Of a stretch of DNA of 64,000 bases, positions 18,445 through 28,629 are shown in pieces. Made by a program: the position numbers and the translations under genes. The notes beneath the pieces are model-generated. The model worked only from the letters and a program-made list of their open reading frames with translations, was not told the origin of the DNA and ran no database searches. Location: positions 14,744 to 78,743 of the forward strand of contig JBJDXJ010000052.1 of NCBI GenBank assembly GCA_051866635.1, written 5' to 3'. Positions within the stretch are counted from its first letter, which is position 1; each line of letters opens with the position of its first letter. This DNA comes from Clostridia bacterium (GTDB lineage Bacteria; Bacillota; Clostridia; UMGS1883).

Positions 18445-19489
18445 TTCCGCCGCCCACAACAATGTCACCATCATATAAAACTACTGACTGACCTTTTGTT
18501 ATGGCACGCTGAGGCGTATCAAATACCACCTTTATTGTATCTTCGTCAAGCTGTGTTACAGTGGCAAATTGTTCTTTATGGCGATAACGGACTTTAGCTT
18601 TAACACGCATAGGTTCATTTATTTTGTCTACGGAAACAAGATTGATGTTTTTTGCAATAAGCGTATCTGTAAAAAGGTCATCATTTGAGCCTAATATAAC
18701 TTTGTTTTCTTCTATGTCCACCTTTACTACATATAAAGGGGCAGAGTAGGCAATACCTAAACCTTTCCTTTGACCTACTGTGTAACGGATTATGCCCTTA
18801 TGCTTGCCTAAAACTTCACCGCCCACTGTTACAAAATCTCCCGGAGGGTATTTCTTTTTCTGTGTGCGTTCGATAAAATCATAATACATTTCGTTCTTTA
18901 CAAAGCAAATATCCTGGCTGTCTCCTTTGTCTGCATTGACAAAGCCTGCTTCTTCAGCGAGCATCCTTGTTTCCTCCTTTGTCATAGAACCTAAAGGAAA
19001 GATTGCACGGGAGAGCTGTTTTTGTGTAAGTGAATAAAGAACGTAGCTTTGGTCCTTGGAGTCATCAAGGGCCTTTTTTAATATAAATCTGCCGTTTTCT
19101 TCGTTCTTTTCAATACGTGCATAATGTCCCGTTGCAACTTTGTCACAACCCATTTTTTCCCCTTCATTAAATAACCTTTCAAATTTCATGTAACGGTTAC
19201 AGTCGACACAAGGATTGGGGGTCATTCCGTTTTCATATGCATAAATAAACTTGTCTATTACATTTTCCTGAAAGCCTTGTGCAAAATCTTTCACGAAATA
19301 GGGTATTGACAAGCTGTCTGCAACGCTTTGTGCATCTTCAATATCTTTCTTAGTACAGCATGCAGGCTCGCTGTCACCGTCAAAAAGCTTCATAGTTATG
19401 CCAAGGCAATCATAGCCTTTCTTTTTCATTAAAAGAGCAACAACAGAGGAATCAACGCCGCCACTCATTGCTATAAGCACTTTAGTCAT
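18434..19489 (-). CDS. mnmA: tRNA 2-thiouridine(34) synthase
   Basis: PP-loop SGGVDSSV. Conserved MnmA Cys residues. Length 351 aa. Confidence 0.9.
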   Translation of the reverse strand: MTKVLIAMSGGVDSSVVALLMKKKGYDCLGITMKLFDGDSEPACCTKKDIEDAQSVADSLSIPYFVKDFAQGFQENVIDKFIYAYENGMTPNPCVDCNRYMKFERLFNEGEKMGCDKVATGHYARIEKNEENGRFILKKALDDSKDQSYVLYSLTQKQLSRAIFPLGSMTKEETRMLAEEAGFVNADKGDSQDICFVKNEMYYDFIERTQKKKYPPGDFVTVGGEVLGKHKGIIRYTVGQRKGLGIAYSAPLYVVKVDIEENKVILGSNDDLFTDTLIAKNINLVSVDKINEPMRVKAKVRYRHKEQFATVTQLDEDTIKVVFDTPQRAITKGQSVVLYDGDIVVGGGIIQ

Positions 19490-19493
19490 ATCT

Positions 19494-20504
19494 CTATCTC
19501 CTCACATCTCCACGTGCAGTTACTATGCGGTAGCCGACACTTTCTACACGTTTTTCAAGGCAAATACGGCACTCTGCCGCTTCGTCACCTGTACAGATTT
19601 TGTTTTCATATAAAGCATAGAGCTTTCTTACCCGCAGGGGAGAAAGGTTCGGCATTACAACATTTGCCCCTGCCTTTAAGCCTAATTCCCGCCCTTGGGG
19701 ATGTATTGTGCCAAGGGCTGTTGTGGCAGGGATAAGTGCATAGGGGAATAGTAACCTTAGTATTGCAACCATACGCAGTGTTAATTCCAGCTTTCCGCTT
19801 TCATACTCTGCAAAGGGAGTTTCTTTATGTGTTATATAAGGACCTATGCCTATCATATCGGGAGAAAGGTCCTGTAAAAATCTTAAATCCGAAACTAAGT
19901 TTTCGGTAGTCTGGAAAGGTGAACCCACCATAAAACCGCTTCCTACCTGATATCCTATATCCTTTAAGTCATACAAACAGCGTTTTCTTACATCAAGGCT
20001 CATTTCTTTTGGGTGAAGTTTGCCGTAATGACATTCATCCGCTGTTTCATGACGGAGTAAATAACGATTTGCCCCTGCGTTGAAGTAGGCTTTGTAGCTT
20101 TCTTTACTCTTTTCACCGATTGACAGAGTTATTGCACATTCGGGATACTTTTCACGGATGGCAGAAACTATTTCACATATTTTATCATCTGTAAAAAAGT
20201 TATCTTCGCCGCCCTGAAGCACAAAAGTTCTGAAGCCTAAGGAGTAACCTTCTTTTGAGCATTCAAGTATTTCTTCTTTTGTCAGGCGGTAACGAATTGC
20301 ATTTTTATTGCCTGCACGTATTCCACAGTAATAGCAGTTGTTTTTACAGTAGTTTGTAAATTCAATAAGTCCGCGGATGTAAACGTCGGTGCCGTAATGT
20401 TCTCTGCGGATATTATCTGCTTGTAAAAACAGCTCACTGTCGTATTTATCTGTATTTATTAAGTTTATTAATTCATCATTTGTAAGGTTTTTAATATTAA
20501 TCAC
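19494..20504 (-). CDS. hydE: radical SAM protein, [FeFe]-hydrogenase maturase HydE-like (BioB/HydE family)
   Basis: CKNNCYYCGIRAGN (CX3CX2C) followed by RYRLTKEEILE and LQGGED, resembling HydE more than BioB. Assignment is by motif only. Confidence 0.55.
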   Translation of the reverse strand: MINIKNLTNDELINLINTDKYDSELFLQADNIRREHYGTDVYIRGLIEFTNYCKNNCYYCGIRAGNKNAIRYRLTKEEILECSKEGYSLGFRTFVLQGGEDNFFTDDKICEIVSAIREKYPECAITLSIGEKSKESYKAYFNAGANRYLLRHETADECHYGKLHPKEMSLDVRKRCLYDLKDIGYQVGSGFMVGSPFQTTENLVSDLRFLQDLSPDMIGIGPYITHKETPFAEYESGKLELTLRMVAILRLLFPYALIPATTALGTIHPQGRELGLKAGANVVMPNLSPLRVRKLYALYENKICTGDEAAECRICLEKRVESVGYRIVTARGDVRR

Positions 20505-21267
20505 TGTTATTTCTCCTTATAGAAATTCCAACCCTGTCTGCGTTTGGGAAAGTTTTTCTGTATTGTGTGGGGGTAACACCCTCATGTTTTTTGAAAATTT
20601 TGAAAAACGCCTTACTGTCTGTAAAGCCACACTGCCTTGCAACCTCGTCTATTGGAAGGTGGGAACAGAGTAATATCTGTTTGGCACTTGCAATGCGGCA
20701 GAAGGTAATATAGCTTTTTGCACTTTTGCCTGTTTTGTCCCTGACTTTTGCCGAAATGTAGTCAGGGCTGTAGCCAAACTCACGGGCAATAGAAGTAACA
20801 TTAATGTTTTCTGAAAAGTGCTTTTCAATCCATTTACAAATCTCGCTTCCTAACAAAAGGTGAGGGTTGTTATTTCCTGAAATTTCGTTCTGTATTCCAT
20901 GTATAAGAAGTGTTGTGGCACAATCGGCATCAGAGCCTTTTATATATGCGAAATGAAACACCTGTCTGAAAAGCTGAATAGCCTGAGTGGAATTATCTAA
21001 ATGATAAATAAGGGGGATGGAGATTTCTTCGTCTGTCAAAAAATGCACCCAGTAAAATTCCACCTTTTCTTCGCTTTCACGCCACCCGTAATGGAGGCGG
21101 TTTGCCGGGAGGAAAACAAGGTCATTTTCCTTTACTGTGAGCTTTTCATCTTCAAAAGACAGGTACATTGTACCCTTACGCATTAATATAAGCTCGTTAA
21201 AACGCATAACCCGTCTCATGTGTATGAAATTTTTCTCAAACTGAAATTTGCCGCATTCATCAAACAT
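20497..21267 (-). CDS. AraC-family transcriptional regulator (cupin sensor + C-terminal HTH)
   Basis: C-terminal AraC HTH (ITFCRIASAKQILL...GFTDSKAFFKIFKK). Start trimmed to the ATG at 21267, which has an aaggtgg RBS. The ORF-track start at 21438 runs into the divergent promoter region. Confidence 0.75.
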   Translation of the reverse strand: MFDECGKFQFEKNFIHMRRVMRFNELILMRKGTMYLSFEDEKLTVKENDLVFLPANRLHYGWRESEEKVEFYWVHFLTDEEISIPLIYHLDNSTQAIQLFRQVFHFAYIKGSDADCATTLLIHGIQNEISGNNNPHLLLGSEICKWIEKHFSENINVTSIAREFGYSPDYISAKVRDKTGKSAKSYITFCRIASAKQILLCSHLPIDEVARQCGFTDSKAFFKIFKKHEGVTPTQYRKTFPNADRVGISIRRNNSD

Positions 21268-21384
21268 TATCACGGATTTTGCCACCTTTATCACGGAAAT
21301 ATGGATTGCACTATTACATAATTGAGTGTAATCTATAAGTAGTTTAACATATTTGATAATATAAGTAAAGGAGAAAATGAAAAA

Positions 21385-24060
21385 ATGAAAAAACGGATTT
21401 TGGCACTTGCTGCGGCAGGCATTATCCTGTGCGGTCAATTTACTGCATACGCCAAAGATTATGCAAATTGCTCCTTATCTGTTGAAAACGGGGAAGCAAA
21501 AGCATCTTTTCACGTTGAAAGTGATGAAGAAAATCTTATGGCATCAATTATTGTAAAGGATGATGAAAATAACATCAAATCAATTGAAACAGAAGTATTT
21601 GACGGAAAAGACAAAACAGATTTTTCAATTAAAACAGTTATTCCGTCTGAGAAAGGATTAAGCATAAAAACTATGCTGTGGAACAAGTTTATGAACCCTT
21701 TAATATACGGTAAAACAATTGTGTACGAGAACAATCCTTCAAAAGGTTTTGTTGACATGAACAATGTAACATTAAACGACGGTATGTTTAAAACAAGTCA
21801 AGATTTGGGTCTTGATTATGTACTTAGCATGGACGTTGACAGACTTCTTGCTCCAAGTTTTGAAATGGCGGGCTTACCTACACCAAACGGTAAAGTGCGT
21901 TACGGCGGATGGGAAAAGAAAGGTGCAAGTAACTGGGGCTGGTCGGCTGACACATTTACATTGGCAGGTCATACTTTAGGTCACTGGATGAGTGCGGCAT
22001 CCGTTATGTACGCCTCAACCAAAGATGAAGAAGTTAAATCCCGGCTTGATTATGCCGTTTCACAGCTTGGATATATACAGGAAACCACAAAAAGCGGATA
22101 TATAGGCGGCTGCAATGAAGAATGTTTTACAAAGCTTTTCAGCGGAAATACAAGTTCATGGGCAAATAATTACTGGGTGCCATGGTACGGCATACATAAA
22201 ATTTATCAGGGACTTATTGATGCTTACGAATATACAGGAAATTATGAGGCATTAAATGTTTGCACTAACTTTGCCGACTGGGCTATGGATGGCTTAAATA
22301 AGCTGACAGACAGCCAAGTTCAGACGATGTTAAATGTGGAATACGGTGGCATGAATGACGTTTTTGCCCGTCTTTACAAATTGACAGGCAGAAAAGAATA
22401 TTTAACTACTGCAAGGCGTTTTACACATGATAACATATTAAACCCCTTAATTAACGAACAGGACGCACTTTCAGGCTTACATGCAAATACACAGATACCC
22501 AAAATTATAGGTGCGGCTGAAATTTTTGAAAATGACAGTGTAACCTATCAGAATTACGGTAAAGCCGCAAAGTTTTTCTGGGACAGAGTTGTAAACACAC
22601 GTTCTTATGTAATAGGCGGTAACAGCGTTTCAGAACATTTCGAGGCAATAGGTCTTGAATCACTTCATCACAAAACTGCGGAAAGCTGTAATACATATAA
22701 TATGTTAAAGCTGACAGAGCATCTTTATAATTGGGAACATAAATCCGAATACATGGACTTTTATGAAAAAGCTCTCTACAACCACATTTTAGGTTCACAG
22801 GACCCTGAAACGGGAAATAAAATGTACTTTGTGTCACTTCTGCAGGGTCATTACCGTATTTACGGAACAATGCATGATTCTTTCTGGTGCTGTACAGGTA
22901 CAGGTATGGAAAACCCGGGCAGATATTCAAAGTGTATCTACTATAAAGATAATAACGATTTGTATATTAACCTTTATATTCCTTCAACTGTTACATGGGA
23001 GGAAAAGAATCTTACACTTACTCAAGAGACTAGCTATCCTTACGAGGACAAAATTCGTATTACAATAGCTGACGGAGAAGCTGATGCCACACTTAAATTC
23101 CGTGTTCCCTCTTGGGCAAAGACAGGTGCAACTGCTACATATAATGGTGAAGTTTATACAAAGAACAGTGCAGGATACCTTGAAATTACAAACAGCTTTA
23201 AAAAGGGTGATGTAATCGAGCTTACAATACCTATGGAGCTTGAAATTTATAATTCAAGAACGGCTAATCAGGTTGCATTTACATACGGTCCTGTTGTTCT
23301 TGCGGCACCCTTGGGAACAGAAAACTTTCCAAATGATACTGTTGAAAAGGAAACAGGCTTAGATACCACAACTACAGATGTCCCGTTTATCGTTTATGAA
23401 GGTGACAACATAAATGAGCTTATAGAAATGGTTGAGAGTGAAGGTCTTACATTTAAACTTAAGGGCGAATATATGTCAGAAGGGGAAGATGTTTTGTTAA
23501 AGCCCTTCTACGAAATACACCACCAGTTCCATAATGTTTACTGGAACATGAACATGGCGGGGGATTTGTTCTTAAAGAGACTTAACAATGTGACAATCGA
23601 TCAGGTACAGCCTGACGGTCAGCAGGACGAATTAGGTCATAACCTTGAAACTAATTCTACGGGCACAGGACATAACGGCTCCTTCTCATCGGGCGGCAAT
23701 AACTATATGTGGCGTGATGCATGGGGCAGTAGCGACAGTTATTTCTCTTATATGTTAGGTGTTGACAAGGATATAAAGAATTATCTCTGCGTTGCTTACT
23801 GGGGAAGCGATGGTCCTTTCAATAAGAATGGAAAAACTTATACACGTGATTTCTCCATCTATGTTGACGGCGTGAAAATTGCAACACAGGTAATTAATAA
23901 CAATAAGCCGGGTAGTCCCTATTATTGTTATTATGAAATCCCTAAGGAATTGACAAAGGATAAAGAAGCTGTGACTGTAAAGTGGCAGGTTAACGGCGAA
24001 AGCAGTTGTGCAGGCGGTGTTCTGGAAGCACGCATAGTTTCCGAAATTATAGAACAGTAA
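21385..24060 (+). CDS. secreted DUF1680-family glycoside hydrolase (GH127/GH146-like beta-L-arabinofuranosidase family)
   Basis: Signal peptide MKKRILALAAAGIILCGQFTAYA. Conserved HTLGHW, EYGGMND and Cys-rich FWCCTGTGMEN block, as in the GH127 Zn/Cys active site. Extra N- and C-terminal beta-sandwich domains. Confidence 0.7.
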   Translation: MKKRILALAAAGIILCGQFTAYAKDYANCSLSVENGEAKASFHVESDEENLMASIIVKDDENNIKSIETEVFDGKDKTDFSIKTVIPSEKGLSIKTMLWNKFMNPLIYGKTIVYENNPSKGFVDMNNVTLNDGMFKTSQDLGLDYVLSMDVDRLLAPSFEMAGLPTPNGKVRYGGWEKKGASNWGWSADTFTLAGHTLGHWMSAASVMYASTKDEEVKSRLDYAVSQLGYIQETTKSGYIGGCNEECFTKLFSGNTSSWANNYWVPWYGIHKIYQGLIDAYEYTGNYEALNVCTNFADWAMDGLNKLTDSQVQTMLNVEYGGMNDVFARLYKLTGRKEYLTTARRFTHDNILNPLINEQDALSGLHANTQIPKIIGAAEIFENDSVTYQNYGKAAKFFWDRVVNTRSYVIGGNSVSEHFEAIGLESLHHKTAESCNTYNMLKLTEHLYNWEHKSEYMDFYEKALYNHILGSQDPETGNKMYFVSLLQGHYRIYGTMHDSFWCCTGTGMENPGRYSKCIYYKDNNDLYINLYIPSTVTWEEKNLTLTQETSYPYEDKIRITIADGEADATLKFRVPSWAKTGATATYNGEVYTKNSAGYLEITNSFKKGDVIELTIPMELEIYNSRTANQVAFTYGPVVLAAPLGTENFPNDTVEKETGLDTTTTDVPFIVYEGDNINELIEMVESEGLTFKLKGEYMSEGEDVLLKPFYEIHHQFHNVYWNMNMAGDLFLKRLNNVTIDQVQPDGQQDELGHNLETNSTGTGHNGSFSSGGNNYMWRDAWGSSDSYFSYMLGVDKDIKNYLCVAYWGSDGPFNKNGKTYTRDFSIYVDGVKIATQVINNNKPGSPYYCYYEIPKELTKDKEAVTVKWQVNGESSCAGGVLEARIVSEIIEQ

Positions 24061-24100
24061 AAAACAGGGGGCGTTGTATTTAAAACGTCCCCTGTTTTTT
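24061..24100. terminator. bidirectional terminator
   Basis: aaaacaggggacgtttt...aaaacgtcccctgttttttt perfect hairpin between convergent genes. Confidence 0.75.
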
Positions 24101-24274
24101 TCAAACAAACTGATTTCTTTCCTCGTTATAACTGTAGCCGATTAAAGAAAGTTTTTTTGTTATTTCATCCATATCCATCTCCAAATCCTCGCAAAGGGCG
24201 TTAAGGGATGGATAGAAGTCACGTAGTTTTGTGTTTATTACACTTAAAAGTATAACAGGGTCATTTGGAAGCAT
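24101..24274 (-). CDS. DUF4250-family small protein (57 aa)
   Basis: Not in the ORF track because it is under 60 aa. Translation MLPNDPVILLSVINTKLRDFYPSLNALCEDLEMDMDEITKKLSLIGYSYNEERNQFV, preceded by an aaggaga RBS. Confidence 0.65.
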   Translation of the reverse strand: MLPNDPVILLSVINTKLRDFYPSLNALCEDLEMDMDEITKKLSLIGYSYNEERNQFV

Positions 24275-24292
24275 TATATTTCTCCTTTGTGT

Positions 24293-25117
24293 TTATCTTA
24301 AAGATTTCAAAAGTGCAATTTCTTTTGCATATCCGTCAATTTCGTTTGGGGTTTCAAGGTAGAAGGGAAGAACCTTTAACTGCGGGTGGTTTATAATTCT
24401 TGCAATGGCATCAATGCCAAGACTTCCTTCGCCGATTTTTTCGTGACGGTCTTTGTGGGACTCAAAAACATTTTTGGAATCATTTAAGTGAATTGCCTTA
24501 AGCTTGTCTATGCCTATGATGCGGTCAAATTCCTCCAAGACACCGTCAAGATTATTTACAATGTCATATCCTGCATCGTAAACATGACAGGTGTCAAGGC
24601 ATACACATAACTTTTCGTTAAGGTTTGTTTTATCAATAATCTCTTTTAACTCTTCAAAACGACTGCCCACTTCACTGCCTTTTCCTGCCATTGTTTCAAG
24701 CAAAACTGTTGTTTTCATGTCAGGAAACAGTATGCTGTTTAAAAGAGAAGTAATCTGCTCAATGCCCGTTTCAATGCCTTGTCCTACGTGACTTCCGGGA
24801 TGAAAATTATACATTGCACCGGGGGTATATTCAAGACGCTTTAAATCGTCCTCCATTGTAATGTGTGCAAACTCACGGATTTTTTCATCTGCGGAACATG
24901 CATTTAATGTATAGGGTGCATGGGCGAGAATTGGTCCGAAACCGTCTTTTGATTTTTCGTTAAATTCAGCGATATCGTCAAAATCTAAATCTTTGGCTTT
25001 TCCGCCACGGGGGTTACGTGTAAAAAATTGAAAGGTGTTGCCTCCTATGGATAAGGCTTCATCATACATATGGGTATAGCCCTTAGAAGCCGAAAGATGT
25101 GCACCTATTTTAAACAT
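24293..25117 (-). CDS. nfo: deoxyribonuclease IV (AP endonuclease, Nfo family)
   Basis: TIM-barrel AP endonuclease 2 motifs [12 protein letters not shown] and DTCH. Confidence 0.85.
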   Translation of the reverse strand: MFKIGAHLSASKGYTHMYDEALSIGGNTFQFFTRNPRGGKAKDLDFDDIAEFNEKSKDGFGPILAHAPYTLNACSADEKIREFAHITMEDDLKRLEYTPGAMYNFHPGSHVGQGIETGIEQITSLLNSILFPDMKTTVLLETMAGKGSEVGSRFEELKEIIDKTNLNEKLCVCLDTCHVYDAGYDIVNNLDGVLEEFDRIIGIDKLKAIHLNDSKNVFESHKDRHEKIGEGSLGIDAIARIINHPQLKVLPFYLETPNEIDGYAKEIALLKSLR

Positions 25118-25204
25118 GCTTAATCACTCCTTGCAATTATAGTTTTAATCTGTTACAATAAGTATAACACAAAATTAAAATATTGCAACGAAAAGAGTTT
25201 TATT

Positions 25205-26497
25205 ATGGGAAAGAAAGTTGGATTTCTTGCACTTGGGTGCAAGGTTAATCAATATGAAGTTGATGCGTATACGGCAATGTTTAAAGAAGCAGGATTTGAA
25301 ATTGCTTCTTTTGACGATGTGTGCGATATATATGTTATAAATACATGTTCTGTTACAAATCTTGGTGACAGAAAAAGCAGACAGATGATAAGAAGGGCAA
25401 AGGCAAAAAATCCCTGTGCAATTGTTGTCGCCACAGGTTGCTATGCACAGGTCAGCTATAATGAGGTTTCTGAAATGGAAGAGGTTGACCTTTGTATAGG
25501 GACAAGCCTTCGCTCAAAGATTGTGGAGCTTACAGAGAAAGCCTTAAACGGGGAAGATGTAAATGCCTATGTTGACATTATGAAGGTCAGAGGGTTTGAA
25601 GAACTGGAATGTGAAAGCGTAACAGAAAGAACAAGGGCAAACATAAAAATACAGGACGGATGCGATAACTTCTGCTCATACTGCATTGTGCCTTATGCAC
25701 GTGGCCCGGTAAGGTCAAGAAAACTTGAAAGTATCATAAAAGAGGCACAAAGAATTGCAGATTTAGGCTTTAAAGAAGTTGTGCTTACAGGTATCAGCGT
25801 TGCAAGTTACGGCAAAGATACTAAGGAATGTAAACTTATTGATGTTATTGAAAAGGTTTGCGAAATTGACAAAATTGAAAGAGTGAGACTGTCGTCAATT
25901 GACCCTGTTGCTTTTAGTGATGACTTTATTGAAAGACTGTCAAAACAACCTAAGGTATGCGACCATTTTCACATTTCCCTTCAAAGCGGCAGTGATGAAG
26001 TGTTAAAAAATATGAACCGTAAGTACAAAACGGCAGAATACCTTGATATGCTAAACCGCATAAGGGCAAAAATGCCTTATGTAGGCATAACCACTGACAT
26101 TATAGAAGGCTTCCCGGAGGAAACGGAAGAAAATTTTGAAGAAACAAAATCTTTTGCACGAAAAGCAGGCTTTTCAAAGATACATGTGTTCCCTTATTCC
26201 GAGCGTCGTGGCACAGCGGCGGCACAGATGCCCCAAATACCGATGCCCTTGCGTGAAAGAAGGGCGAAGGAACTGGGCTTAATCGGGGAAGAATTAAAGT
26301 GCAATTATGAAAAGAGCTTTGTTGGCAAAAAAGTGGAAGTCCTTTTTGAGCAGACTAAAAAAGGTTACACGGAAGGGTTAACTAAAAATTATCTGAGGGT
26401 GTTTGTGGAAGAAAACGAAACACTTCACAATAATTGTGCAACTGTTGAAATTTTAAACTATGATGGCGGAAAGCTTTACGGAAGGGTTGTTAAATGA
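25205..26497 (+). CDS. mtaB: tRNA t6A37 methylthiotransferase (MiaB-like, MtaB)
   Basis: N-terminal MTTase domain (LGCKVNQYE...INTCSVT). Radical SAM CDNFCSYC. C-terminal TRAM domain. 430 aa. Confidence 0.8.
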   Translation: MGKKVGFLALGCKVNQYEVDAYTAMFKEAGFEIASFDDVCDIYVINTCSVTNLGDRKSRQMIRRAKAKNPCAIVVATGCYAQVSYNEVSEMEEVDLCIGTSLRSKIVELTEKALNGEDVNAYVDIMKVRGFEELECESVTERTRANIKIQDGCDNFCSYCIVPYARGPVRSRKLESIIKEAQRIADLGFKEVVLTGISVASYGKDTKECKLIDVIEKVCEIDKIERVRLSSIDPVAFSDDFIERLSKQPKVCDHFHISLQSGSDEVLKNMNRKYKTAEYLDMLNRIRAKMPYVGITTDIIEGFPEETEENFEETKSFARKAGFSKIHVFPYSERRGTAAAQMPQIPMPLRERRAKELGLIGEELKCNYEKSFVGKKVEVLFEQTKKGYTEGLTKNYLRVFVEENETLHNNCATVEILNYDGGKLYGRVVK

Positions 26498-27804
26498 AAA
26501 ATCTATCATATTCAAGAATAATAGCAATAGGCTTTTTTGTGATGATACTTATAGGCACTATGCTTTTAATGCTTCCCATATCATCACAAAGTGGCAGTTG
26601 GACAGGTTTTTCGGAAGCCTTCTTTACTGCGGTGAGTGCACAGTGTGTTACGGGGCTGGTAATTGTTAATACTGCAACACATTGGTCACTTTTCGGTCAA
26701 TTGGTGATTTTGTTTCTAATCCAGACGGGCGGATTGGGTTTTATATCCATAAGCGTATACCTGTCCATTATGATGAAAAGAAAGCTAAGTTTGCATCAAC
26801 GAGGACTTTTTCAGGAAAGCATGAACACCCTTGAGATGTCGGGAATAACACATTTGACAAAAAGGATAATGATAGGCGTGTTCAGTTTTGAACTTATGGG
26901 TGCAATACTTTTGTTGCCAACCTTTTTAAAAAGCTTTTCTGTTCCAAAAGCATTGTATTACAGCGTTTTTCATTCAATATCGGCATTTTGCAATGCGGGA
27001 TTTTCCACTTTGGATGGAAATTTGATTAATATGCACGATAATATATTCTTCTGCGTTGTAATAATGCTCCTTGTAACTATAGGCGGTTTGGGATTTATAG
27101 TGTGGGATGATTTGTATGTAAATAAACTGCATTTTGCCAGTTGGCGTTTGCACACCAAAATAGTTGTTTTAATGACAGTTGCAATAACTTTATCGGGTGC
27201 GGTGCTTTTGTTTATTACAGAGAGGGGAACTGTCCTTGAAAGTATGACTTGGGGCGAAAAAATAACTGCATCATTTTTCGGTGCGGTGACTGCCAGAACG
27301 GCAGGGTTTAACACAATTGATGTTGCATCATTAAGTGATGGCGGTAAATTAATCACAATGGTTATTATGTTTATCGGCGGAAGCCCCGGCAGCACGGCAG
27401 GCGGTATAAAGACAACAACCTTTCTGGTAATTCTTGTTTTTATACTGTCGAACTTTAAAAGGACACAACCAAATATTTTCGGCAGAAGGCTTGAAGATGA
27501 TTCTGTAAGAAAGGCTACAACGGTATTTGCAACAAATCTTTCCCTTGTTATAATTGCAAGTGTTGTGCTTTGTAGTATTACAAATATAAATCTGACGGAC
27601 ACGCTGTTTGAAACGGTATCTGCCATAAGTACTGTGGGTATGAGCAGTGCAGGTACCGAAAACTATGGCAGAATTGGTGCATATGTTATAGCCATCCTGA
27701 TGTATTTGGGGAGAGTTGGCAGTATGACATTTGCGGTATCGTTCTTTGAAAAAAAGAAAAAAGTTGCAATAGGCTATTTGCCTGAAAGGATTGCGATAGG
27801 TTAA
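26494..27804 (+). CDS. ktrB: Ktr/Trk-type potassium uptake membrane subunit
   Basis: Repeated selectivity-filter-like TGGLGFI and GGSPGSTAGGIKTTT segments, typical of TrkH/KtrB. Confidence 0.85.
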   Translation: MKNLSYSRIIAIGFFVMILIGTMLLMLPISSQSGSWTGFSEAFFTAVSAQCVTGLVIVNTATHWSLFGQLVILFLIQTGGLGFISISVYLSIMMKRKLSLHQRGLFQESMNTLEMSGITHLTKRIMIGVFSFELMGAILLLPTFLKSFSVPKALYYSVFHSISAFCNAGFSTLDGNLINMHDNIFFCVVIMLLVTIGGLGFIVWDDLYVNKLHFASWRLHTKIVVLMTVAITLSGAVLLFITERGTVLESMTWGEKITASFFGAVTARTAGFNTIDVASLSDGGKLITMVIMFIGGSPGSTAGGIKTTTFLVILVFILSNFKRTQPNIFGRRLEDDSVRKATTVFATNLSLVIIASVVLCSITNINLTDTLFETVSAISTVGMSSAGTENYGRIGAYVIAILMYLGRVGSMTFAVSFFEKKKKVAIGYLPERIAIG

Positions 27805-27816
27805 GGAGGAAAAACA

Positions 27817-28476
27817 ATGAAAAATAAAAATGTATTGGTCATAGGCATGGGCAGATTCGGTCAACATCTTTGCAAAAAGCTCTATGAGCTTAATAACGAA
27901 ATAATGGCAATTGATATAGACGAACCTGCTCTTGATAACGTGAGCGAATATGTTGCCACAGCACGTATTGCGGACTGCACAAACCCCGAAGTTTTATCAA
28001 GCATCGGTGTGACGGATTTTGACATATGCATTGTGTGCATAGGAAATAATTTTCAAAACAGTCTGGAAATTACAAGCCAGCTTAAGGACATGGGTGCAAA
28101 ATATGTTATAAGCAAAGCAAATCGTGATATACAGGCAAAGTTCCTTCTTCGTAACGGTGCCGATGAAGTCATTTATCCCAACCGTGACATGGCAGAAAAA
28201 TTGGCAAGAAGGATAAGCATAAACCATATTTTTGACTATATTGAATTAACGGGCGAATACGGAATATATGAAATCCCTGCTCTTGATGAATGGGTTGGGA
28301 AAAGCATTAAAGAATCAAACATACGTGCCAATTACCACGTTAATGTTATCGGGACTAAAGTTATGGAAAAAACAAATGTTATGCCCATGGCAGATTACGT
28401 AATAAGTAAAGACGAGCATCTTATAGTTGTGGCATCACAAAAGGAAATTGACAAGATTGTAAAGAAAATACGTTGA
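27817..28476 (+). CDS. ktrA: Ktr/Trk potassium uptake NAD-binding regulatory subunit
   Basis: Rossmann motif VLVIGMGRFGQHL (RCK_N) + RCK_C domain. 219 aa. Confidence 0.85.
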   Translation: MKNKNVLVIGMGRFGQHLCKKLYELNNEIMAIDIDEPALDNVSEYVATARIADCTNPEVLSSIGVTDFDICIVCIGNNFQNSLEITSQLKDMGAKYVISKANRDIQAKFLLRNGADEVIYPNRDMAEKLARRISINHIFDYIELTGEYGIYEIPALDEWVGKSIKESNIRANYHVNVIGTKVMEKTNVMPMADYVISKDEHLIVVASQKEIDKIVKKIR

Positions 28477-28559
28477 TACATCATTAGGTAAAATTCTATA
28501 AACAATAGGTTTTTTCGGAAAAATTATAGGACTAAGACTAAAAAAATGTAAAAATTATA

Positions 28560-28588
28560 TTGACAAATTATCTCTTTTGTAGTAGAAT
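28560..28588 (+). promoter_or_regulatory. sigma-A promoter TTGACA-N17-TAGAAT upstream of yceD-rpmF
   Basis: Consensus -35 plus a near-consensus -10. Confidence 0.6.
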
Positions 28589-28629
28589 TGAACTCGCTGA
28601 AAATGCCCATAGGTGGCAGAGGTGATAAC

